A stretch of DNA of 46,315 bases from Prasinococcaceae sp. CCMP 1430. Lineage: Eukaryota; Plantae; Prasinodermophyta. The stretch spans positions 161,464 to 207,778 of the forward strand of contig RQSC01000004.1 of the NCBI GenBank assembly GCA_013416795.1, in the 5' to 3' direction. Under the pieces are notes generated by a model. The model was not told the DNA's origin and made no database searches. It worked only from the letters and a program-made list of their open reading frames with translations. How positions within the stretch are numbered: position 1 is the stretch's first letter; each line of letters starts with the position of its first letter. Positions 36,451 to 46,315 of the stretch are shown here, piece by piece. A program made the translations under genes and the position numbers.

Positions 36451-37616
36451 TCATGCTGCGGTCTTCTCCAGCAGCATGCGGAAGACCGGCTGGCCCTCGG
36501 CCTGGACCAGCACCTCGCGCTCCGTGGGCGCCTCCAGCGGGTTGACCGTCATCCACGGCCAACTGCGCACGAGCGCGTGCGCCTCGGTTTCCTGCATGCG
36601 CGAACGAGCGTGCGGGCGAGAGCACACAGGGAAAGACGGGCCGTCAGCCGCGACTGCGGCTCGCGCGTGGAGCCACAGACCGGCAGCGCGAGCGCTCGCG
36701 CACGCACCAGCTCATCTTCATACTCGGCCTCCACCGCTCCCCACCTATCCGCCCCCAGCGAGTCCACGCCCTCCGTCGCGAGGTTGTGTGCGAGTGCCTC
36801 CGGCGCGCGAACCAGGCGCCCCCGGGCATGTGCGATGAATCTGACGAGCATGTCAATCTCCACGGCCTCCACGTCGCTCTGCAGCCAGACCGCACCGCCG
36901 TCCTCCAACTTTTCGACGATAGCCTCGACGAGCTCCGCCTGCACCACGCGCCGCTTGTGATGCCTGCGCTTGAAGTGAGGGTCGGGAAACTGGACGCACG
37001 CGAGCGCGAGCGGCCCCGGGTACGAACTCAGCAGCGCGCGTGTCGACACGGTGGCGTTGTGAGGCAGAAACGCGCAGCGGTCGGCGTGGCCGAGCTGGTC
37101 GGCCCATTTGCCCGCGCGCTCGACGAGCTTTTCGCGGATCTCGAGGCCAAGGAAATTGGTTCCCGCTGGCGCGAAGCGGGCGAGCGGCGCCGACTGCGTG
37201 CGCTGCGCACACAGCAGCGCAAAACGCCCCGGTCCGCAGCCGACATCGAGCACCAGCGGGCGCGTCGGGTCCTCGTAGAGCGTGCCCCAGTCTGGCGGCT
37301 CGGGCACTGTCTGATATCTACTAAGTAGCGGATTGGCGTGCTGCCGGGTGCGGATACCCCCTGCGGCGTCGTAGTGCCCGTCCGCGCCCAGCGCCAGCTC
37401 ACTGAATGCCTCCTCACGCGCCACCGCGTGCCTGTCGGCCGTGCTGACGGCCGCGCCGCGCGTGCGCTGCGTCGGCGCCTGCGCTGGCGTCTGGGTTGTC
37501 TCCCCAGCAGTGCAGCGCGCCGTCGTCTTGCGCGATGCCACACGTGTGGTCGGCGGCCTGGGCGTGCCCGCCTCGCCGCTGCGCGTCGTGCTCGGCGTGG
37601 GCGCGGCCGCGGGCAT
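36451..37616 (-). CDS. trmB: tRNA (guanine-N7)-methyltransferase TrmB, organellar type
   Basis: RTRQHANPL, LDVGCGPGRF, NFLGLEIREKLV, QFPDPHFKRRHHKRRVVQ, LQSDV, and last exon NPLEAPTERE; transit-peptide-like N-terminus. Confidence 0.92.
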
Positions 37617-37663
37617 CGGCGCCGGCTTCGGCTGGGGCTTCGGGAGGGGCGTCGTGGTGTCCG

Positions 37664-37705
37664 ACACGGACTGGGCGACCGTGAAGGGGAGCTATCGCTA
37701 CTGAC
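37664..37705 (+). repeat. 42-bp module copy 1, followed by a hairpin and a GATGG/(GT)n tail
   Basis: ACACGGACTGGGCG-N14-CTATCGCTACTGAC; 35/42 identical to 37998-38039. Confidence 0.8.
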
Positions 37706-37761
37706 CACGACGCTTTAGTCGTCGATGGATATGGTATGGTGGTGTGTGTGAGGTGTGTGTG

Positions 37762-37970
37762 TAGCAGCAGCCTGACGCCGCCCGTCAAGCCCCGCTTGGC
37801 TGCGCGCATCAGGGCAGTCTGGCCGGCTTTGTCTGCCTTGTCCACGTCGGCGCCCGCCTCGAGCAGCAGCCAAACCAGGGCTTCCTCCTCATCACTGCAT
37901 GCTTCAGAGTCATGACGAACAAATCTCAACGCCGGTACTGCCTGCATCAGCGCAGTCTCGCCATCGTTCT
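37762..37970 (-). pseudogene. Orphan ankyrin-repeat fragment
   Basis: DGETALMQA...LLLEAGADVDKADKAGQTALMRAAKRG..GGVRLLL. It has no upstream ATG and runs into a (CA)n tract. Confidence 0.7.
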
Positions 37971-37997
37971 CTTTAGTCACGGTCGTCGCCACTTCTT

Positions 37998-38039
37998 ACA
38001 CGGACTGGGCGCCCACGAACGCGTCCTATCGCTACTGAC
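37998..38039 (+). repeat. 42-bp module copy 2, followed by a GATGGATGG(GT)n/(G)n tail
   Basis: Same conserved 14-bp blocks as 37664-37705. Confidence 0.8.
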
Positions 38040-38092
38040 GCGCCGGATGGATGGTGTGTGTGTGGGGGGGTGGGGGGTGGGGGGGGTGCTGA

Positions 38093-39714
38093 ATGCGAGG
38101 CGCGACGGTGCTCTACGCCGGGACGGTGCTCTGCACTGCGATTTTGTGCGCCAGCGCGCACGCCTCGGCAAACGCATGCGAGGAGGCATGCGCTGCCTCA
38201 ACTGCTGAACGTGCTGCGGCCGATGCTGCGTGCGCTGCGCAGCGGCCCCAGGTGCCGCAGACACCGGTGTCTGCCGGCTCGCCGGTGCTATTCTATGCGC
38301 CCTCGACGCTCGAGGGCCTCGGCGCAAAGCTCGCAGACTTTCGCGCGGCCGCATGGGCCGCGCTGCGCCTCGGCGCAGTCCCGTGCGGCGCCGTCGTGGG
38401 TGCAAGCGTGCAACACGCTGATAGCTCGTACGAGCGCGCCGCTGGCTTCCTCGGCGTCGGTGTCGTTGACGCCCACGGGCCTGCGCACGCGTCGGCAGAA
38501 GCGCGCTTGCATGCGCGTGATGGCGCAAGCGTATCCGCTTACACGATCTACTCCTCGAGCGACGAGGCAGAGGCATGTGGTGCGGCGCTTGCTCTCGCTG
38601 CGTCCCTACAAAATTTGACCGACGAGACGCTGCTGTCGCACGCCGCACATGGCGTGCACCTCCCACCAACCGGCGCGGCGGTGTGGGCGCTGCCGCCAGC
38701 TGGTCGCGAGCGATGGCACACGTACGGCGGCGCAGCCGAGGCGCTGCGCTGCCTGCGGCCGTGGCTGAGGGAAAGACACGAGCGCGCGCGCATGATCCTT
38801 GGCCATGACGAGCAGCACGAGGGCGCCTCCGTCGAGAGCTGCGCCGCGAGCCAGCAGGCGGGTGCATGCGCTCGCGAGGGTGTCGGCGCCGCCGAGTGCG
38901 GGGCCAGCGTCAGCGCTGAGCCGCAACAGGAGTCGCAGTCGATGCCACGACTCTTCGCGCGCGTCGACCCCCAAGCGCGCTTCTACCACGGCGCACTACA
39001 CATTCGACGGGGAGACGCGTCCGTCGAGCGCCTCGCCTGGCGGCGTGTGGGCGATGCCGCACACGCAGCTACAGCGCTTGCTGCTGCAGTCGCTCTGGGT
39101 GAGCCTGGCACGTGCGTGCACATCTTCACCGACGCGGAGAGCGCGCAATCACTGACCGACGCTGACGGAGCTGCGTCGACGCTCGTGGAGCGGCTGCTGG
39201 GCACGCACGCGCGCGTGGACGAGAGCGTCAACGCGAGCGCTGTGAGCGACGGCGCGGAGCTCGTGGCGCGATGCGGCGTCTTCATGTGGGCGCGCGAGGA
39301 CGCAAGCGCATCTGACGTGGTGAAACACTTAGCTCTTGCGGACGTGGTACGTCGCCAAAGCCGTGCGCGATGCGCATACGCAGACTGAGTAACTGCTTGC
39401 TGACCTGCGCCTCGCAGGCCATCGGATCGACCTCCGCACTGTGGTGGGCGATCGTTCCGGTCGCGCGCGCGGCGCTCAGTATCGTCGGGGACTACTGGCT
39501 CGGCGCAGGGGAATCCAACCTCGATCTGTTGCGGCGCATGCTTCCCGGCGCTGCGCACATCGGCGCTGCCGTCAATGCCACATCGCCATGCTGCGGCGCT
39601 GCCCACACCGAGTCCGTGGCGCGCGGCCTGCTCGAAAAGAACGTGCGCGCTGCTCTGCGCTGCGCCGCGTGCCATGCGCGCGAGCGACGAGCGAGTAAAA
39701 ATTGGCGCAGCTAA
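38093..39714 (+). CDS. Secreted/Golgi GT-B glycosyltransferase-like protein (GT11/GT23 fucosyltransferase-like motifs)
   Basis: Signal-peptide-like N-terminus. ALHIRRGD, VHIFTD and spliced HLALADV-AIGSTSAL correspond to fucosyltransferase motifs I-III. Confidence 0.6.
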
Positions 39715-39770
39715 TTATGTAACCGAAGGCCGCGCAGCATTGACAAACCAGCACAAAACCCAAGGCTTGA

Positions 39771-41589
39771 TCACCTCTCCTCCTCGTCCTCGTTTCGCGC
39801 GGCGTCCAGCGGGAAGATGTCGTGGGGCATCGAGTCCACCATCGACCTGTATGACTTGTTGGGTGAATGAAGGCCGAGGTTGGACACGCGGCTCGTGTAG
39901 ATGCACGCAAACCGCTCAATCTGGTGCGCGAAGCGGCTCGCCTGGTAGCCCGACTTGAGCAGCTGGCCCCAGCGCGGATGGAACTCCTTGTGGTGCTGGC
40001 GCAGGGACTCGCGGTGGCGCTCGCGCGCGGCGGCGCGGCGCTTGAGAAGCTCGCTCCAGTTGTCCGGCAGCGGCTCGCCCTCCGTCTTCACGCGCCACTC
40101 GAAGCGCTGCAGCAGGTCGTCGTACGCGTCCGCCTCCTCGCGCTGCTGATAGAGCTCCACCAGCGACTCGTTCTGTTTGTGCAGCACCTCAATCTCGCCC
40201 TCTAGCTCGGGGATGACCAGGCACGTGCGCCAGCCGAGCTCCTTCTTTGACCGCACGATGTCGCCGTAGATATGGTCGCCAACGTACAGCACCTCCGAGC
40301 CGCTGCGCACGCCGAGCATCGCGTGCAGGTTCGTCACGCCGCCGCCTTGAATGACGTGCATCTTGCGCTCCGCGACATCCGCTATCGTTGCCTCGCGCGC
40401 GCCCAAACTCCCCACTTGGACCAGCGGCGACCCTGTCGCACGCACGTTGGAGGTGCAAGTGTGTGGATGTGGTGATGGTTGGGGGGGGGGATGGCATGCA
40501 CTCCGGGCAGAAGAAAGTCTGGGGGGGAAGGGAGCATACGGGAATGATGAGGGGGGGCGGAACGCGCAGTCCGCCGCGAGTCAGTGCCACGCGCACACGC
40601 ACAGGACTCGCTGTCGCCAGCGTGGCAGCGTATGCGCGCGCGCGCAAACGCCCGCTCTCACCGTTGTCCGTGTTGCGCAGCATGCCGGTATCAACATCCA
40701 CCTCGAAGGGCGGGCTGCTGGTCTTGAAGAACGAGGGCTTGCGCGAACCAACAACGATGGTGTCGAAGTAGTCCTGCCAGCGCCCCTCGTAGTTGCGGCA
40801 CAGGTGCGTCATGACGACGTCCGTGTAATCGTACAGCGAATTGGTGAGCAGGAAGACCTTGCGGCCGCTCTCGCGCAGCGTCTTGAAGAGGGGCACGAGC
40901 GTCTCATCGTCGACGATGAACTTGGCGGGATCCTCAGCAACTGAGGCCTTCAGCGAGCCATCTCGGTGGCAAAGGTCGACCGCCTCGCGGACGTCGTCGT
41001 AGATCTCGAGGTAGCTCTTGGGCTTCTCGCCGTCCTCGCCCGTGAAGAGCTCGGGGCGGCTGTCGCGCAGGTCGACGAGCTGCGAGAAGAGGTACGTCTC
41101 GCCCACTGCGAACAGAGTGTCGACGAGCGCGTAGTTTGGCTCGTCAAACGTCAAGTTGAACGGGGCCAGGTTGTACGTCTCGTTGCGCTCCTTGCTGTCG
41201 AGCTCGCGCCAGCCGTGGTACGCGACCTTCACGTAGTTATGCCTGTCTATCTTGAGCACGTTGCCGCGCGCCTTGTCGATGGCGAGGCCGCGCACCATGT
41301 ACGCGTGGTCGAGCTTGAAGCCCAACACGACTTCGGGATAGCCTACGCTGTGCACCAGATTCTTCAGCGTCTGCTGATACACCAGCTCCTCGAACGTGTC
41401 GGCCTTGTACTGCGCGAGCGTGTAGTCCATGTCGAAGCCGACGTACCCGATGTTGGCCATGTTGAGTGAGCGGTTGCAGAATATCTGCTGGCAGGGGTCG
41501 AGGCTCGACGCCGGCAGGGCCGCTTCGGCGCCCCAGCGCGCGAGCGTCTTGCGCGCGCGCTGCACGGCCGCGCCCGCGCCCGGCCCCGC
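39771..41589 (-). CDS. HAD-superfamily IG 5'-nucleotidase (NT5C2/cN-II family), 5' end missing at the N
   Basis: IFCNRSLNM..I.YVGFDMDYTLAQYK, FLLTNS, RKPSFF, LYVGDHIYGDI..SKK..GWRT and ACIYTSRVSN; one intron. Confidence 0.95.
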
Positions 41590-41590
41590 N

Positions 41591-42651
41591 GCGGCAGACA
41601 AGCGCAGGCGTGCGCGAGCGTGCTTCCGAGAGGCGGCAGTCGATCAGACTTCCCTCAATGCTGCCACCGCCCCGGCCGTCTGGCGGCCAGGGAGACAAGA
41701 TGCTGTGGGAGCTCCCAGAAGACGAAGTCTCGGGGATAAAGTTTGCACTGCTATTTGAGAACGTGTACCCAACGGAGAAGAGAGAGCTCAACAATTTCAG
41801 CGCCGCGATGCTGACGTTGCCTTGGGTCAGGCTCAACAGCTGGCCGCAGTGGAGCACAGCCCTTCGCGATCGTGTTTACATCACGAACTTGCGCGGACAC
41901 GTGAAACCGACCGCCACGCACGAGCAAGCGGCGATTCAGCGGCGGGACCAGATGCACGAGATGATGAAGGACGTCTTGAGACTTGAAGCCATGCCGATGT
42001 GGTACGCTTCTGTCGTTCATCGCTTCTCCATGATTTCGACGAAAGAGTACGAGTCACCCAAGGCCGAGGCGCTGCGCGACGACGCGGACTCGTTCAGGAA
42101 CAAGGGGCGCGGCCCGAAGAAGGATGGAGGGTTTGCCGGCAAGAAGCAGAAGACGGCCTGGCGCAAGGTGCGCGCGCGGGCGTCGCAATCGCGCCGCGGC
42201 TCCCATGCGCTGCGAAAACGGCAGCCTCCCACGCTGACGCGGACGCGGCCGCCATCGCCGCCCCCTGCTCGCGCGCACTTGAATGCCACGCGTGCGCTCG
42301 TGCAAACAGTTCAAGTCGCAGTGCACGAAGGCCCGCAAGGTGAGGCCCGGCAAGCGTGCGCGAAGGCTCCACAGCTCGCGCGCTTCGCCTTTGCAAGCGC
42401 ACATGGCAGTGTGCCGTTCAGGGCACGCTCCTGGTCCGCAGCACACTTGCCTGACAGCCCCCCCCCACACACCCACCCACCTCATTCCCTGACCCCACCA
42501 CGTGCGCCCTCCCGACGGTGCGGACCCTCCATCGCAGGCCATCGTGAGCGCCGTGACACGCAGTGACAAGGATCAGAACGTGGACGCGGGCCCGCAGAGC
42601 GTGAAGGTGCTCGGGCTCAAGACGACCGACCACTCAGCGCCCGCGAACTAA
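41591..42651 (+). CDS. Hypothetical protein, probably 5'-partial, three exons
   Basis: Coding-like frame up to AWRK|GTGCGC, micro-exon FKSQCTKARK, and last exon AIVSAVTRSD..APAN-stop. Confidence 0.6.
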
Positions 42652-42959
42652 TCTAATATTGAGGCTGTGCAGCCGCGGACTGGTGGCAGCACGCTCGCCG
42701 CCCGCGGGAAGACTTCAGCCCCGGCGAGCGCACGCGCGAGCGCTTGTGCGGGCGCGGACATGTCCGTGTAGGTGTGAGCTATTCGGTAATAACGCAGACT
42801 CCCATCACACCGAGCGCGCAACGGGTGCCGCCGGCTCGGCCTCTCCGCCGCCCGCTCTGCTGAGATGGCGTCGGGGCACCTGCCGCGGCGCGTGCGCATT
42901 GCCCTTCCACGTCAACGCACCGATGCCCCACGACCACGCCGAGCGCCGTCGAGGTGGGT

Positions 42960-43737
42960 TCACAGCTCGTCCGACGCGGCCATCGCGGCGGCAACGTCGG
43001 CATCTGCGGCGGCGGTGACGACGAACGCGCCCTGAGCCCACAGCCGCAGCGTGTGAGTGACGATCCACGTGAGGAAGAACGTACCCATGCCCTGCGACAT
43101 GCCTTCGCCGATGAGCTGAGCCTCGGGCTGATCGCCGCCGAGGATCTCGGCGGCGTCGCACTCGAGCCACACGCTGTATACGAACAGCGCCGAGGCATAT
43201 ACGATCGAGATGCCAAGGAGCGCAATCATCCCGCCCTCGAGCGCCAGCGCGCCGAAGGCGAGGCCTACGCGCGAGCGCAGGCAGGCAGGCAGGCAGGCAG
43301 GCGGGCAGGCACACGCGGTGAGGTGGGCGCGCGCCACGAGCCGAGACGCGCAAAGCACAGCGCGCGCGAGAGGTGGAGAAAGAGCGATCGTCAGCGCCAA
43401 TAGCAACAGTAGCATCTCTTCGCTCGGGTCGCTGCTCCAAAGCATGTGCGCGCGAACGCATGCAGCGAGCAAAGCGCCCGCGCCTGCGCGCCGCGCCGCG
43501 CCGCGCGCTGCAGCGCCGCAGCGCCGCGCCTCTCTCACCGAGCACCGCCGAGAGGAGCTGACGGGACCAGTACACGGCATCCAGCAGGTCGTTCTTGTTC
43601 CACGCATCGTCCCTCGCCGCCACGCGGCCGATCAGTGCGCACGTGTGGCGCACGCTCTTGGTCGCCTGCGCGACCGGCCCCGCGCTCGCGGGCGCCGCCT
43701 TCGCCTGCTTTGCTCCCTTGGCGTCCGCCCCCGCCAT
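42960..43737 (-). CDS. RAB5IF: RAB5-interacting factor (RAB5IF/OPTI, Rab5ip family)
   Basis: WNKNDLLDAVYWSRQLLSAVLG spliced to LAFGALALEG...EGM..GMGTFFLTWIVTHT. Confidence 0.85.
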
Positions 43738-44576
43738 GTTTGCCAGCCCGCTCACCAGGCGCGGACTGCGCCCGCGCCCAAACCGGGAGCCCGCCGCCGC
43801 GCCCGCGCCACCGGCCGGCGATCCGAGGCCGCGAAAGGCTCGGCCCTCCTCGCGCTCGCCCCCGCGNNNNNNNNNNNNNNNNNNNNNNNNNNNNNNNNNN
43901 NNNNNNNNNNNNNNNNNNNNNNNNNNNNNNNNNNNNNNNNNNNNNNNNNNNNNNNNNNNNNNNNNNNNNNNNNNNNNNNNNNNNNNNNNNNNNNNNNNNN
44001 NNNNNNNNNNNNNNNNNNNNNNNNNNNNNNNNNNNNNNNNNNNNNNNNNNNNNNNNNNNNNNNNNNNNNNNNNNNNNNNNNNNNNNNNNNNNNNNNNNNN
44101 NNNNNNNNNNNNNNNNNNNNNNNNNNNNNNNNNNNNNNNNNNNNNNNNNNNNNNNNNNNNNNNNNNNNNNNNNNNNNNNNNNNNNNNNNNNNNNNNNNNN
44201 NNNNNNNNNNNNNNNNNNNNNNNNNNNNNNNNNNNNNNNNNNNNNNNNNNNNNNNNNNNNNNNNNNNNNNNNNNNNNNNNNNNNNNNNNNNNNNNNNNNN
44301 NNNNNNNNNNNNNNNNNNNNNNNNNNNNNNNNNNNNNNNNNNNNNNNNNNNNNNNNNNNNNNNNNNNNNNNNNNNNNNNNNNNNNNNNNNNNNNNNNNNN
44401 NNNNNNNNNNNNNNNNNNNNNNNNNNNNNNNNNNNNNNNNNNNNNNNNNNNNNNNNNNNNNNNNNNNNNNNNNNNNNNNNNNNNNNNNNNNNNNNNNNNN
44501 NNNNNNNNNNNNNNNNNNNNNNNNNNNNNNNNNNNNNNNNNNNNNNNNNNNNNNNNNNNNNNNNNNNNNNNNNNNN

Positions 44577-45097
44577 GTCGGGCTGTACTGCGGCGGAGGG
44601 GGGAGCGGCACCACCGGCGACAGCGGCAGCTTCGTACGCGCGGCCGCGGCTGACGAGGGCGAGGGCGACTGGGATGGCGACGTCGCAGTCGAGCCCGCGC
44701 CACTCGGCGACGCGCCGCTGTCGCAGTCGGGTGACGCCCGCGCGCTGTTGCCGCCGCCGCTCTCAGCGACAATGTGATCGCCCGCGGAAGAGAGAAGATC
44801 GAGCTGCGTGAGGAGCTCGCTCACGCCTCTGTGCGCGGTGGGCAGCGCGCGCCGCGCGCACGCGTCGCGTCAGCGTGTGTTGTCGCGAGCAGCTCGGCGC
44901 GCGCACTACCGGCGGCGCGGGCGATGATAGGCGCGCACGCCACGACGCACCCGGGAGGTAGGCCCGCGCTCGCCGCGAGCTCGTCGCCCCTGTGCGTTCC
45001 TCCAACCCCGCCGCCCTCCCGGCACACGCCCCCCGCGAGCACGCGCAGCATCGGCTCTCGCGCGGCGCCGCCCACACCTCTTCAAGGTCATTGACAT
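44577..45097 (-). CDS. Hypothetical S/P-rich protein, 3' end in gap
   Basis: MSMTLKR|GTGTGG..CACAG|GVSELLTQLDLLSSAGDH... splices in frame. Confidence 0.45.
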
Positions 45098-45249
45098 CGA
45101 CGGCACGAAGAAGGAGGATGCCCCCTCCACGCGCGCTGAGCGCACGCACGCCGAGCGCACGCGTGACCGCCCGTGGCACGGCGCGCCTGCCTGCTGCCTG
45201 CCTGCCGGCGCGCCGCTGCTGGTTGCCGTCGCGGCGCGCTCGCCGGCCC

Positions 45250-45278
45250 AAAAAAAAAAAAAACGGTTTGGGCAAAAA
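45250..45278 (-). terminator. RNA polymerase III oligo-T terminator(s) for tRNA-Ala
   Basis: A T5 run starts about 5 nt after the tRNA 3' end, followed by a longer T-run on the minus strand. Confidence 0.75.
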
Positions 45279-45282
45279 GAGA

Positions 45283-45355
45283 TGGAGAAGCCGGGTTTCG
45301 ATCCCGGTGCCTCGTCAATGCGAATGACGCGCTCTGCCAATTGAGCTACTCCCCC
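45283..45355 (-). tRNA. tRNA-Ala (anticodon CGC)
   Basis: The reverse complement GGGGGAGTAGCTCAATTGGCAGAGCGCGTCATTCGCATTGACGAGGCACCGGGATCGAAACCCGGCTTCTCCA folds as a 73-nt cloverleaf with G3:U70. Confidence 0.97.
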
Positions 45356-45836
45356 CCGCGAAAAAGCGGCACGGAGCGAAAACGACGCAATATATTGCTT
45401 CTCGCCTCTGCGCGCTGGATAAGATTTGCTCCACGCCTAGCGCGGGCGACCAGGGCGAGTGCGAGACGCGAGGTGCGCCGGCCACTCTCGCCTCCTCACG
45501 CGCGCGCCACCGGGGGCGCGGGTGTCGTCCGTCGCCCAAGCGCATACCCTCCGCCGCCCCCTTTTCGCTCGCGCGCTCGGTCGCCAAAGCGGCGGCGCGC
45601 CCACCGGCTAGCCGCGACGAGCGTCGCTCGTCCTCGCTCGCGTAGGACGAGCGCGCGCAGCCAGCCGGCCTCCTTTCGTCGGCGGCGGCCAGCCCGCCTC
45701 CCTGCCGCCGGCACCGGGGAGGCTCGACTCCGCCGGAGCATGCTCGCCTCAAAGCCGCGCGCCGCCTCGAGCGCCCCCCACTGCCCGTTGAAGCGCGCCC
45801 ACGCGCAGTATCGCCGGGAGACCGCGCGGGCGGCAC

Positions 45837-46098
45837 GGTTAGGGTTAGGTTTTATAGGTCATTTCGGCGAAATGACCATTCCGCACGCCAGAGAAAAAAT
45901 GCGGAATGTGCATGATCGAAAATATGTTCTGTGAAATTTGCACATGCGTTGTGAAATTGCAATTCCGCAATCCGCGGAGATTCCCGCAGGTATCAAAAAC
46001 GACGGAATTACACATACTCAAATATTTCTGCGATCATTTTACACATGCATTTTAAGAACGCAATTGCGCAATCCGCGGAGATTCCCGCAAGGATAAGG
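45837..46098. mobile_element. AT-rich island, probable non-autonomous DNA element
   Basis: GGTTAGGGTTAGG, inverted repeats at 45857-45877 and 45877-45908, and a 30-bp direct repeat (45959-45988 / 46060-46089). Confidence 0.45.
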
Positions 46099-46315
46099 TT
46101 GGTGCGCGCGGGCACACGCCGCGCAGCAGCTGCGCCACACGCGCGGCGTCGCGCGCGCGCGGGGGCAGAGCGAGCAGAGGGTACTGCCCGAGGCGGTCGA
46201 GCGCCCCTACCCCCTGGGCGTGGAGGCGCTCGGCGTGTGTGTTGGGGGAGGAGCGCGCGCGCGAGAAGCGTTGCGGTCCCCCGGCGACATGGCGGCGCGC
46301 GGCGCCGCGCGCGGC

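Noticed and set aside
37664-38039. CRISPR-like repeats or a pistol/hammerhead ribozyme
   Set aside because: Only two copies 334 bp apart in a eukaryote, no cas genes, and no catalytic core consensus. The CACGG/CCGTG stem of copy 1 is not conserved in copy 2.
41466-41700. Apparent overlap or fusion of the 5'-nucleotidase and the + strand gene
   Set aside because: The two are joined by a single N at 41590, an unsized scaffold gap. At least the nucleotidase 5' end is missing.
45837-45849. True telomere
   Set aside because: Only about two TTAGGG-like units, internal to the scaffold.

Overview
This is a eukaryotic, gene-dense, very GC-rich nuclear scaffold with N-gaps and short GT-AG introns (mostly GTGCG/GTGAG donors, often a CTGAC-type branch motif). 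Gene content points to Viridiplantae: PAB, RTNLB17/21-type reticulon, SKIP5, DEG14, plant-type complex I B9 and plastid-type TrmB. CFAP157 and an SLC19 carrier suggest an early-branching, prasinophyte-grade green alga (Prasinoderma-like; an inference). I can reconstruct about 25 protein genes by splicing ORF pieces by eye, plus one tRNA-Ala(CGC). Most of the supplied ORF track is antisense or out-of-frame shadow. The most notable items are: (1) a 5-exon gene ending in an intact Amidase_3-type zinc peptidoglycan amidase domain resembling a picocyanobacterial family; (2) a thioredoxin/PDI (WCGHC, KDEL) fused to an aromatic-ring-hydroxylase C-terminal-like domain; (3) a small ORF between identical 147-bp direct repeats; (4) two diverged 42-bp 'TDWA..SYRY-stop' modules with GT tails flanking an orphan ankyrin fragment; (5) a Bacillus-Des-like desaturase and an animal-type SLC19 vitamin carrier; (6) an AT-rich palindromic element with a telomere-like motif. 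All family calls come from recalled motifs, not from database searches.
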